A stretch of DNA of 64,000 bases from Patescibacteria group bacterium (GTDB taxonomy: Bacteria > Patescibacteriota > Minisyncoccia > Phycocordibacterales > SBAW01): NCBI GenBank assembly GCA_019752125.1, contig JAIEMM010000006.1, forward strand, positions 6,120-70,119, in the 5' to 3' direction. Position 1 is the stretch's first letter; every line of letters begins with the position of its first letter. Below are positions 37,832 to 46,573 of this stretch, in pieces. The notes beneath the pieces were generated by a model. The model made no database searches. It saw nothing but the letters and a program-made list of their open reading frames with translations, and was not told the origin of the DNA. The translations under genes and the position numbers were made by a program.

Positions 37832-38275
37832 ATGAAGGTGAAAAGGGAGGGGTTATCAAAAATTGCTCAAGAAGTATTAAAAGAAGCTTCCATGGCGAGG
37901 TCCGACCTTGCCAGCCGCGCTGTTATTGTTGCCTTGAGGGGGGACTTAGGTGCAGGAAAGACAACCTTTACTCAGGCTCTTGCGAGGGAGTTGGGCATTG
38001 AAGATGCAGTGCAAAGTCCTACCTATGTTTTGATGAAATCGTACCCGATTAATTTTGAGGGTTTCAAAAAACTCATCCACATAGACGCATACCGTCTCGA
38101 CAAACCAGAAGAATTTTCTGCACTTGCGCCAGACACCTTTTTACATGATTCAGAAAATCTCGTAGTAATAGAGTGGCCAGAGAGGGTAGAGAGCGTTCTT
38201 CCAACCCCAGACCTCCTTTTAAATTTCAAACATACAGATTCAGAAGAGGAGCGACATATAGAGATAGAAAAATAA
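37832..38275 (+). CDS. tsaE: tRNA t6A biosynthesis ATPase TsaE
   Basis: GDLGAGKTTF, VQSPTY, HIDAYRL, IEWPE. Confidence 0.95.
   Translation: MKVKREGLSKIAQEVLKEASMARSDLASRAVIVALRGDLGAGKTTFTQALARELGIEDAVQSPTYVLMKSYPINFEGFKKLIHIDAYRLDKPEEFSALAPDTFLHDSENLVVIEWPERVESVLPTPDLLLNFKHTDSEEERHIEIEK
37893..37913. repeat. AGGTCCGACCT-family palindrome in frame in tsaE
   Basis: tggcgaggtccgaccttgcca (21 bp, MARSDLA). Confidence 0.8.
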
Positions 38276-38326
38276 GCGATTTTTGCCTAAAAACACGCAT
38301 AAAGCGCAAGTGTTACAATGGCAGAA

Positions 38327-40693
38327 ATGAAGGAGAGGAAGAAATTGGTCTTATTGGACACTCACGCGATTTTGCACCGTGCGTATCATGCGCTGCCAGA
38401 CTTTGCCTCTAAAAAGGGGGAGCCAACAGGGGCACTCTACGGCGTGGTTTCTATGCTTCTGAAAATCATCTCAGATTTTAAGCCAGACTATATTATTGCG
38501 GCGGGGGATTTGCCTGGGCAAACACTGCGGCACGCAGCCTTTGAAAACTACAAAGCACAGCGTAAAGAAACAGATGAGGCGCTTGTGTCGCAGATTGTTC
38601 GTTCGCGCGACCTTTTAGCTGCCTTCGGCATACCACTTTATGAAATGGAAGGATACGAGGCCGACGATGTTATTGGTACTGTAGCAAAAAAACTAAAGGA
38701 AGAAGTTGATGTGGTTATCGCGTCGGGCGACATGGACATGCTCCAGCTGGTTGATGACGACCGCGTCACTGTCTTTACGTTTAAGAAGGGTATAAACGAC
38801 ACAATCGTATACAACGAAGCAGCAGTACAAGAGCGCTTCGGCTTCGGCCCAACACGTATTCCAGACTACAAAGGTCTGCGCGGCGACCCATCAGACAACA
38901 TTCCAGGCGTAAAAGGTATTGGTGAAAAAACCGCGAGCGTACTTATACAACAGTTTGGCAGCGTCGAAGATATATATAAAACCCTTAAGAAAGATCCAGA
39001 AAAACTTGCTGAGGCAGGTGTTAAAGAGGGGATGATAAAGAAATTGGAGAGCCAGGAGGAAGAGGCGCTGTTTTCTAAAGAGCTGGCAACCATACACACA
39101 GCGGTACCAATCCGATTTACGCTTCCTAAAGAAGAATTCCGCAGCAATCTCTCAGAGAAAAAGATTATCGCAATGCTTGAAGAGTTTGATTTTCGCTCGC
39201 TTGTGCCACGTGCGCGAAAACTGCTCGACTCTTCTGTTCGAAATGAAGAGCTTTTTGGAGAAGAGGCGCCTAGAGAAGAAATTGATGCAACAGAATTTCA
39301 CAAGACAGCGCTCGCTGTTTCTGTCCTTGATGCAACTAACAGCGAACCGACGCTCGAGGACATATATCGAATGGGGGAGAGCGAAAATTTTGAAACTGCT
39401 TCGAAGAATATTTTTGAACAGATCAAAAAAGAGAAGTTGGATTTTGTATACGACAAGATAGAAGCGCCACTTTCTCCTGTGCTGCGACGCATGGAAGCTC
39501 GTGGTGTGCTTGTAGATAAAGAATTTTTAGCGAAGCTTTCTAAGGAGTATCACAAAGAGTTGGAAAAACTCGCAGCTCGTATTTATGAGGCGGCAGGCGG
39601 CGAGTTTAATATCAATTCTCCAAAACAACTTGGCGACATTCTTTTCGACAAACTTGGGCTTGCAGTTAAGAACCAGAAAAAGACGGCAGGTGGACAGCGT
39701 TCAACGCGCGAGTCTGAGCTTGAGAAGATGCGAGAGTTGCACCCAATAGTGGATGATATTTTGAAACACCGTGAACTGCAGAAACTTCTCTCCACCTACA
39801 TCGACAGTATTCCAACATTGCTGGATAACGAAAATCGTCTGCACACATCCTATATACAAATAGGTGCAGGTACTGGGCGCATGGCATCGAAGAATCCGAA
39901 CCTGCAGAACATCCCTATTAAGAGCGATCTTGGCCGCGCTATCCGCCACGCCTTTGTCGCAAGCCCTGGTATGGAGCTTGTCACTTTCGACTATTCGCAG
40001 ATAGAGCTTCGTGTCGCAGCATTTCTTTCTAAAGATCCAACACTTACAGAAATTTTTAAGAATGGGGGAGATGTCCATACAGAAGTTGCGACACGAGTCT
40101 TCCACGTTAAACCTGAAGATGTTACGTACGAAATGCGCCGCCGTGCAAAGGTTATTAACTTCGGCATCATTTACGGCATGGGTGTGAACGCGCTTCGCGA
40201 AGCGCTTGGTACAACGCGCGCAGAGGCGCAGGAATTTTATGACCAATACTTTGCTGCGTTCCCACGACTCGCAAAATATTTGGAAGAAATAAAAGCAGAT
40301 GCAACGCGAACAGGGTATACAGAAACGCACTTTGGGCGCATACGATATTTTGAAGGCCTGAAGTCGCCGATCCCATATATCCGCGCAGCGTCTGAACGTG
40401 CCGCGGTGAATGCGCCGTTCCAAGGCACTGCAGCTGATTTGCTCAAACTCGCGATGGTAGGAATCGGCGCATGGGTAGAAAAAGAAAAATTGGAGGACGA
40501 TGTATACATGCTTCTCCAAGTACACGACGAACTAGTGTTTGAAATTAAGAAAGACGAAGTTGAAGCCGCTGCAAAGCAAATCAAGAAACTGATGGAAGGT
40601 GTGCTTTCAGAAAAAGAGACGGGAGGTATTCCGTTTCTTGCTGAAGGGAAGATTGGAAAAGACTGGGGCGATATGAAACCGTTGAAAGTATGA
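38327..40693 (+). CDS. polA: DNA polymerase I (reduced 3'-5' exonuclease region)
   Basis: YEADDVIGT, GDPSDNIPGV, NPNLQNIP, DYSQIELR, QVHDELV. Confidence 0.97.
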   Translation: MKERKKLVLLDTHAILHRAYHALPDFASKKGEPTGALYGVVSMLLKIISDFKPDYIIAAGDLPGQTLRHAAFENYKAQRKETDEALVSQIVRSRDLLAAFGIPLYEMEGYEADDVIGTVAKKLKEEVDVVIASGDMDMLQLVDDDRVTVFTFKKGINDTIVYNEAAVQERFGFGPTRIPDYKGLRGDPSDNIPGVKGIGEKTASVLIQQFGSVEDIYKTLKKDPEKLAEAGVKEGMIKKLESQEEEALFSKELATIHTAVPIRFTLPKEEFRSNLSEKKIIAMLEEFDFRSLVPRARKLLDSSVRNEELFGEEAPREEIDATEFHKTALAVSVLDATNSEPTLEDIYRMGESENFETASKNIFEQIKKEKLDFVYDKIEAPLSPVLRRMEARGVLVDKEFLAKLSKEYHKELEKLAARIYEAAGGEFNINSPKQLGDILFDKLGLAVKNQKKTAGGQRSTRESELEKMRELHPIVDDILKHRELQKLLSTYIDSIPTLLDNENRLHTSYIQIGAGTGRMASKNPNLQNIPIKSDLGRAIRHAFVASPGMELVTFDYSQIELRVAAFLSKDPTLTEIFKNGGDVHTEVATRVFHVKPEDVTYEMRRRAKVINFGIIYGMGVNALREALGTTRAEAQEFYDQYFAAFPRLAKYLEEIKADATRTGYTETHFGRIRYFEGLKSPIPYIRAASERAAVNAPFQGTAADLLKLAMVGIGAWVEKEKLEDDVYMLLQVHDELVFEIKKDEVEAAAKQIKKLMEGVLSEKETGGIPFLAEGKIGKDWGDMKPLKV

Positions 40694-41388
40694 TTTTGGT
40701 TATTGTTGGAAATACTCCGGAACAGAAACCAAGTTTATCCGGAATGCACGCAGGCGCGACGGCGCCGAAGGTAGGAGAATTTTTAGCAGAAAATTCTCCG
40801 CGTTCCGGGAAGCTTGGTTTTGTGCAGGTTGAGGATCTTAAATGGGAAGATATTTCTATTGAAGAGATCGCGAACATTGCTTCAACCCCTGCTTTGTTTG
40901 GCGGTTCACAAACCTACAGACTCACTGGCGCACTTGCGGGCGAGAGGGGAGACGAGTTTTTAGATTTGGTAGATGGTCTAGTTGAGTCTCCACACACATT
41001 TATTTTCGAAGAAGAAAAACTTCTCAAGAGGCCAACTGACATTTTAAAAAAGGCTGGAGCTACGCTTGAAATACACGAGCATCCGCCAGCTGGCGGAAAG
41101 AAAGAGGAGAGCTTTAATATGTTCGCGCTCGCAACTGTGTTTGGCACACGCGACCGCAAAAAGTTGTGGCTAATGCTCGCCAAGGCGTCTCGCGCAGGCG
41201 CTGCGCCTGAGGCAGTGGCCGGTATGATGCACTGGAAAGTGCGCGACATGTTGGCAAAAGGCAGCTCTGCATACACAAAAGAAGAATTGAGGAAGATCTC
41301 CCGAACCCTCGTGGCTCTGTATCATGACTCTCATCGCGGAGCAGGGGATCTTGAGCTTTTGCTTGAACGTTTCGCCCTCAGGCTATAA
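40690..41388 (+). CDS. DNA polymerase III delta subunit-like protein (HolA-like)
   Basis: TPALFG, FNMFALATVFGTRDRKK, LELLLERF; follows polA. Confidence 0.65.
   Translation: MILVIVGNTPEQKPSLSGMHAGATAPKVGEFLAENSPRSGKLGFVQVEDLKWEDISIEEIANIASTPALFGGSQTYRLTGALAGERGDEFLDLVDGLVESPHTFIFEEEKLLKRPTDILKKAGATLEIHEHPPAGGKKEESFNMFALATVFGTRDRKKLWLMLAKASRAGAAPEAVAGMMHWKVRDMLAKGSSAYTKEELRKISRTLVALYHDSHRGAGDLELLLERFALRL
40723..40822. repeat. ~100-bp multi-hairpin element in frame in the holA-like gene
   Basis: gaaaccaagtttatccggaatgc / gcgttccgggaagcttggtttt stem enclosing ggcgc-gacg-gcgcc and ggagaattttt-agc-agaaaattctcc. Confidence 0.8.
41082..41097. repeat. PPAGG palindrome in frame
   Basis: tccgccagctggcgga, perfect 16-bp palindrome. 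Confidence 0.8.
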
Positions 41389-41436
41389 TTTTCCTGTACG
41401 CTGTGATAAAGTGCTCAAATCGCGCTTGTGCGTAAT

Positions 41437-41512
41437 GCGCCCATAGCTCAGTCGGTAGAGCGGCTCCCTTTTAAGGAGATGGTCCCAGGTTCGAATCCTG
41501 GTGGGCGCACCA
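41437..41512 (+). tRNA. tRNA-Lys(TTT)
   Basis: gcgccca/tgggcgc acceptor, loop cttttaa, ggttcgaatcc, CCA. Confidence 0.95.
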
Positions 41513-41605
41513 AGACATGTTTTGTTACCTTTTCTGAACTCCGAAGTTCTAATGAGTGTCAGAAATAACTAAACAAAAAGTATGAAAAATAAGGTGCTGG
41601 GACTA

Positions 41606-41667
41606 GCCGGGGAGGCCGCTCCGATGGAGTAAGGCCTCCCCGGCGTTTACCTGCCGGCGGGCAGGTA
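41606..41667. repeat. Hairpin element plus cctgcc...ggcagg palindrome
   Basis: gccggggaggcc...ggcctccccggc; tacctgccggcgggcaggta. Confidence 0.6.
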
Positions 41668-41668
41668 T

Positions 41669-42139
41669 TTACTTAAGAAGGGTATACATCGCCACCCCGG
41701 CCGCTACAGACACGTTCAGCGACTCTTTCTTGCCCCGCATAGGTATATCAACAATCACATCGCACTGTTTGAGCGTCGCTTTTGATACCCCTTCAACTTC
41801 ATTCCCCAGTACAAGCGCGAGCTTCTCATCTTTCTTTGGCTTGTATTTAAATAGAGATATAGATTTTTTATCCAGCTCTACCGCAACGATAGTAAAGCCT
41901 TCTTTTTTAAGCTGCCGTATTGCTGTGCCGATAGTTTTTGTCTGCGACCACGCAACCATCTTTCCCGCTCCAAGCGCGACTTTTTCAAAATCTTTACGCG
42001 GCTGTCCTGCCGTATCAACAGGGGTAGGGGAATATCCCGACAAAATTATCTTAGAAACGCCAGCGCCGTCCGCCGTGCGGAATATAGAGCCAACGTTATG
42101 AACACTACGGATGTTATGAAGTATGACTGCTGATTCCAT
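41669..42139 (-). CDS. SpoU/TrmH family RNA methyltransferase
   Basis: NVGSIFRTA, VLGNEVEGV, IPMRGKKESLNVSVA. Confidence 0.93.
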   Translation of the reverse strand: MESAVILHNIRSVHNVGSIFRTADGAGVSKIILSGYSPTPVDTAGQPRKDFEKVALGAGKMVAWSQTKTIGTAIRQLKKEGFTIVAVELDKKSISLFKYKPKKDEKLALVLGNEVEGVSKATLKQCDVIVDIPMRGKKESLNVSVAAGVAMYTLLK

Positions 42140-42156
42140 TTTGCCACTCTAACAAA

Positions 42157-42555
42157 CTAGAGCGGTAAATCCATCGCCAAGGCACCTGCGCCGCTTGCAA
42201 GAAGCGAGAGTGCGATAGCGAGCACAAGCAGCGCTGCTGTGCGGGAGAGTACGAAGTATGAAGGATATTTGCCCGTCCAGAAAGCGTGCTTAATTCCAAC
42301 AAGAGCTGTAAGTATTGCGGCAATTTGCGTGTGGTACCCAAAGAGAAGGGCTAAACCTACCGCGACTTCTAGAATGACAGAAAACCACGCTACCCATGCG
42401 CGTGCGCCGATAACAGGAAACTTCTCCTGGTTTATCGCATCTTTGTTTTTAAAATGACAATATGCGAGGTACAACATCACAAGCGCGACAGCACATCGTA
42501 ATAGTGCAGGCGCGTAAAAACCATACGACAAAAATTGTGGGAATGTATTAAGCAT
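42157..42555 (-). CDS. DoxX family membrane protein
   Basis: LEVAVGLALLFGYHTQIAA...GAGALAMD. Confidence 0.8.
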   Translation of the reverse strand: MLNTFPQFLSYGFYAPALLRCAVALVMLYLAYCHFKNKDAINQEKFPVIGARAWVAWFSVILEVAVGLALLFGYHTQIAAILTALVGIKHAFWTGKYPSYFVLSRTAALLVLAIALSLLASGAGALAMDLPL

Positions 42556-42559
42556 GCAT

Positions 42560-43804
42560 TTATACTACCGCGTTTAAAAGTTTATCCAATTCTTCCTCCG
42601 CAACCTTTTTGTCGCTCCATACTTGTTTTGAACCGCGCGGCCCCATGATATAAGGGTCTGTGCCTTTGCCGGTGATAAGTACAACAGAGCCCTTGTGTGC
42701 AAGGCGCAGTGCCGCTGCAATGGCTTCTCGGCGGTCGAGGATAACCTGTGGTTTATGAACTACAAAACCAGAAGCAATCTCATTTACGATTTTATTTGGA
42801 TCTTCGTCGTACGGATCCTCATTGGTGAGTATGGCAGCAGAAGCACGTTCGTCAGCAATTTTACCCATCTGTGGACGTTTCCACTGGTCACGGCCGCCAC
42901 CTGTTGAGCCCATCACGCAGATAATGTCTTTTCCTCTATACGCCTCAAGCAACGCTTCAAGCGAGTCTGGAGTGTGGGCATAGTCCACAATGACGCGGAA
43001 GTCCTGTCCGCGCCCAACGCTTTCTGCGCGGCCGGCAACTGCAGGCACATGTTCAAGCGCTTTGCGCATCACCTCGTGTGGGACACCCATCGCATCACAC
43101 AAAGTTATTGCTGCCAGAATATTTTTTAAATTGAATAACCCTGGCATTGGTGCGGTAAAGAGAGTGCCGCCTTTGTATACAAAACGTACACTGGTGTCGT
43201 CGACGGTGTATGGTTGTGCATCTGCAAGAGAGAAGGGGAGATGTTTTTCTACATCAATGTTAAGAAAATCTTTACCGTATGTGTCATCAAAATTTGCGAC
43301 TATGTAGCGAGGTCTTTTTTTAGATTCCTCTAGGTGGTGCGCCAGTTTTAATTTTGCCGCTACGTACGCTTCCATGCTGCCGTGAGACTCAATATGTTCT
43401 GGCTGGAGGTTGGTAAAGATGAGCGCATCGAGTTCTATGCCTTTGTGACGAAATTGTCGTGCGCCTTCTGATGTCATTTCGATAACGGCGTGTGTGCACC
43501 CGGCGTCAACAGCCTTGCGCAAGAATTTTTGCAAATACGCGCGGCCAGGCATTGTCATCTTGAACAAGTTCGGCTCGCTCTCGTTTCCGATCTTAAATTG
43601 TACGGTTGATGCAAGTGCGACTTTGTAGCCCGCAGCTGTTAGCAGGCCACGCACAAGCTCTGATGTTGTTGATTTGCCCTTGGTGCCAGTTACCGCAATG
43701 ACAAAAAGCTTTTTAGAAGGGAAGCGGCAGACAAAGGCGCCTGCATAGGCAAAGGCGAGGTGGTACCAGCCGATCATTTTTTCTGGAATAAGGTCGCGGA
43801 GCAT
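42560..43804 (-). CDS. murE: UDP-MurNAc-tripeptide synthetase
   Basis: VTGTKGKSTT, IEMTSEG, VDYAHTPDSL, GGGRD, ITGKG. Confidence 0.9.
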   Translation of the reverse strand: MLRDLIPEKMIGWYHLAFAYAGAFVCRFPSKKLFVIAVTGTKGKSTTSELVRGLLTAAGYKVALASTVQFKIGNESEPNLFKMTMPGRAYLQKFLRKAVDAGCTHAVIEMTSEGARQFRHKGIELDALIFTNLQPEHIESHGSMEAYVAAKLKLAHHLEESKKRPRYIVANFDDTYGKDFLNIDVEKHLPFSLADAQPYTVDDTSVRFVYKGGTLFTAPMPGLFNLKNILAAITLCDAMGVPHEVMRKALEHVPAVAGRAESVGRGQDFRVIVDYAHTPDSLEALLEAYRGKDIICVMGSTGGGRDQWKRPQMGKIADERASAAILTNEDPYDEDPNKIVNEIASGFVVHKPQVILDRREAIAAALRLAHKGSVVLITGKGTDPYIMGPRGSKQVWSDKKVAEEELDKLLNAVV

Positions 43805-43806
43805 AT

Positions 43807-44394
43807 TTATGTGTGTTTTACAGCCCCTAGATATTTAAGTGCCGTGGCCAACCGTTCGTTAACAGATTCGCCCTGCGCTTCTTTGGCTGCGCCGCGCGCT
43901 TCGTCCGCACGGTAGCCAAGTGCCATCAGTGCTTCTACAACTTCGGCATCGTTCGACGATGCCGCTCCGAGCGTAGTCGAGGAGCTGATCATAACTATCT
44001 TGTCCCGAAGCTCGACAACCAAACGTTCTGCGCTTTTCTTGCCGATACCGAACACTTTTGTGAGCATCACTGAGTCGCTGGCAGCGATAGCGCGCTTAAG
44101 CGATGTTACATCTGCGACATTTAGAATGCCGAGTGCGGTTTTTGGGCCAATGCCAGAAACGCTCATGAGTTGTTTGAAGAAGGCGAGCTCTTCTTCTGTA
44201 GGGAAGCCGTAGAGGTCGAGTGCATCTTCTGCCACGCGTGTATATATAAATAGAGAGACCTCCGAGCCTGTGTTTTTAAGGAGATCGAGGGCAAGAAGGG
44301 GAGTTCGGACACAGTACCCGACGCCGCCGACTTCAATAAGCACCTCGCCTGGAGTGGCGGTGCTGCTGAGTCGCCCCGTCAATTTGCCAATCAT
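43807..44394 (-). CDS. ruvA: Holliday junction DNA-binding subunit RuvA
   Basis: MIGKLTG, GGVGY, LYGF, VSGIGPKTA, GIGKKSAERL, EALMALGY; the ORF-track start is over-extended. Confidence 0.95.
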   Translation of the reverse strand: MIGKLTGRLSSTATPGEVLIEVGGVGYCVRTPLLALDLLKNTGSEVSLFIYTRVAEDALDLYGFPTEEELAFFKQLMSVSGIGPKTALGILNVADVTSLKRAIAASDSVMLTKVFGIGKKSAERLVVELRDKIVMISSSTTLGAASSNDAEVVEALMALGYRADEARGAAKEAQGESVNERLATALKYLGAVKHT

Positions 44395-44467
44395 ACAATA
44401 ATCATACTCCAAGTTGGAGATGTTCAGGAAGTTGCTTTTTAAGGAAATATTGCGTAGTATCTTGTGC

Positions 44468-44710
44468 ATGGCAATCACAAAAGGAGCAAAGAAGGCCCTC
44501 CGCCAGTCTGCACGTAAGCAGGCTATGAATCGTGTCCGCAAGGATGCGATGCGCGAGGCTACGAAGGCAGTACGCACTGCCCCTAAGGGGGACAAGGCAG
44601 CGCTCGCTGCAGCGTACAAGGCGATAGATAAAGCACTTAAGCGCGGCATCTTGAAGAAGAACACCGCAGCTCGCCGCAAGGCAAAAGTTGCTAAAGCTCT
44701 CGCAAAATAA
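44468..44710 (+). CDS. rpsT: 30S ribosomal protein S20
   Basis: MAITKGAKKALRQS...IDKALKRGILKKNTAARRKAK. Confidence 0.95.
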   Translation: MAITKGAKKALRQSARKQAMNRVRKDAMREATKAVRTAPKGDKAALAAAYKAIDKALKRGILKKNTAARRKAKVAKALAK

Positions 44711-44712
44711 AG

Positions 44713-44743
44713 AAAAAGACCGCCTGATGAGGGTGGTCTTTTT
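44713..44743. terminator. Bidirectional terminator
   Basis: aaaaagaccgcc-tgatga-gggtggtcttttt. Confidence 0.75.
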
Positions 44744-45116
44744 ACTTCTTTACTGGGAAGAATACAATGGGCGGCGCCCAAAAAAACAAGAAGTGCACCT
44801 TCCCTGAAAGAACCTCTCCATGGCGGCGCACGACAAGCCGGTAGGTTGTGTCGTCGTCCGGGTCTGTATAGTAGATGGTGATTGTTCCATCGGGCTGCAA
44901 TGTGGCTTTCCCATTGGCCATCCGTCCTCGAGCTCCGATCTTGTAGCTGCAGTCGGCAGCCATCTCTAGGTCGATCACCACATCGTAGGGATTGTTCCAC
45001 CTCCCAACGATTCCAGAGCAGTCCTTGATAGGTGCGGCTGGTACTACAGCTTTCTGTGCGTGGGCGGTGGTTACAGAGACGAGGAACGCGAATAGCGCCA
45101 GTACATAAGTACGCAT
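44742..45116 (-). CDS. Orphan secreted beta-rich protein
   Basis: Signal peptide ending AHA; SD ggag. Confidence 0.7.
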   Translation of the reverse strand: MRTYVLALFAFLVSVTTAHAQKAVVPAAPIKDCSGIVGRWNNPYDVVIDLEMAADCSYKIGARGRMANGKATLQPDGTITIYYTDPDDDTTYRLVVRRHGEVLSGKVHFLFFWAPPIVFFPVKK

Positions 45117-45205
45117 CAGGTCACTCCATGTAAAAGGGTTCAGCTAACAGTATTTAACCAGATAACCTTTACTAAAACTACTATTTACCGTAGTGTGTGT
45201 TAATC

Positions 45206-45277
45206 GCTCCCGTCGTTCAATGGATAGGACGCAAGCTTGCGGAGTTTGTAATGTAGGTTCGATTCCTACCGGGAGCA
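45206..45277 (+). tRNA. tRNA-Arg(GCG)
   Basis: gctcccg/cgggagc acceptor; anticodon arm caagc-ttgcgga-gtttg; ggttcgattcc. Confidence 0.9.
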
Positions 45278-45775
45278 CTAAAGTCCAAAAATTTCAGCTA
45301 GATGTTCGATCAAAAAAGGCTTCCTGTCTTCCTCTTCGGCTTCTTTCGCATATTTCAAACACAGCGCACGTACTTGTTCACCGTGGTCTGCACTGTCGAG
45401 CGGGATTATGATGCGCGGCATAAGGAGAGAGTGGGTGGTGAGATAGAGTCGTGGATTTTCTGGATCCGTAGCCTGCTTTCCGCTAGGTAGGTGTATCCAG
45501 AACGCATCCACCGACTTCCATGCATACATAGTGCCGTCGAGAGTCGCTCCACGAGAGTCGAGTTTTACTTGATGTTCTCGTGGTCCACGAATGTTGAGTA
45601 CGCCGATGGAAATACCACCGATGAGCAAAATAATGCCCAGCAATAGATTCCCAAAAAAGATGGATAGCGCAGCGCCAACCACAGTTACGAGGCCGAGCGT
45701 CCAGTACCAGTCGGGTGAATGATCTTTATGTTCGTGCGTAAGCACGTGCCAAACTATTTCTTCCTGCCCAGGCAT
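45278..45775 (-). CDS. Conserved hypothetical 2-TM protein (PH-like C-terminus)
   Basis: EHKDHSPDWYW plus two TM segments; TATACT 6 nt before ATG. Confidence 0.75.
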   Translation of the reverse strand: MPGQEEIVWHVLTHEHKDHSPDWYWTLGLVTVVGAALSIFFGNLLLGIILLIGGISIGVLNIRGPREHQVKLDSRGATLDGTMYAWKSVDAFWIHLPSGKQATDPENPRLYLTTHSLLMPRIIIPLDSADHGEQVRALCLKYAKEAEEEDRKPFLIEHLAEIFGL

Positions 45776-45862
45776 GTGTAAAGTATACACCTGGCCGTGC
45801 GGCAAGCTTCACTTCATAAAATCTTTGTAATCGCTGTACTACTATGAACGTCTTCACATACT

Positions 45863-46540
45863 ATGCACTTACTTATTGTTGAGGACGAAGAAAAGTTGGC
45901 GAAAGCGCTAAAGAAAGGTCTTGAAATGCGCGGCTACGCCGTGGACTGGCTTCCTGATGCTGAGAAAGCACGTTCTCGTATCATTATGTATCGCAATGAA
46001 TACGATCTTGTGTTGATGGACTTAATGATGCCAGGCCTCGACGGCGCGGCATTGACCCAAGCAGTGCGTGCAGAGGGGGTTACAACCCCCATCATTATCC
46101 TGACCGCAAAAAATGAGACAGAACATAAAGTAGATTTGCTCAACAAAGGGGCAGACGACTATATCGTTAAACCATTTTCATTTGAAGAATTAATTGCCCG
46201 CATTAACTCCGTGCTGCGCCGCCCTACAGAATCGAAGGCAGTTGTTATGAAAGTAGGTCCTATCGAGATGGATGCCGCTACGCGCACAGTGAAGGTTGAT
46301 GAAAAAGAAGTTAATCTAACTCTGAAAGAATTCTCACTGCTGGAATGTTTTATGCGCGAACCAAACATCGTGCTTACGCGCGAAAAACTCTTCGACCACG
46401 TGTGGGACTTTAACTTGCTGTCGTGGAGCAATGTACTGGATGTGCATATGAAAAATCTCCGCAAGAAACTCGCAACAAAAAAGAAAGATACGTACTTCGA
46501 AACCGTCCGCGGGGTGGGGTACAAACTGGTGGCGGGGTAA
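45863..46540 (+). CDS. OmpR-family response regulator
   Basis: LIVEDE, DLMMP, GADDYIVKPF, LTLKEF, TVRGVGY. Confidence 0.95.
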   Translation: MHLLIVEDEEKLAKALKKGLEMRGYAVDWLPDAEKARSRIIMYRNEYDLVLMDLMMPGLDGAALTQAVRAEGVTTPIIILTAKNETEHKVDLLNKGADDYIVKPFSFEELIARINSVLRRPTESKAVVMKVGPIEMDAATRTVKVDEKEVNLTLKEFSLLECFMREPNIVLTREKLFDHVWDFNLLSWSNVLDVHMKNLRKKLATKKKDTYFETVRGVGYKLVAG

Positions 46541-46573
46541 CCCCAGTACTAGTAAAGAAAAACGCCGACTTTT

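Noticed and set aside
39190-39250. Short inverted repeats inside polA
   Set aside because: Imperfect, match none of the repeat families, and are compatible with chance.
39701-40525. Long antisense ORFs (e.g. 274 aa opposite polA, 235 aa opposite yqgF)
   Set aside because: Shadow frames of well-supported genes, with no motifs.
44395-45000. Apparent 397-aa RuvA with a long N-terminal extension
   Set aside because: The extension is the antisense of rpsT and overlaps another gene; the true start MIGKLTG at 44394 has a -10 box 6 nt upstream.
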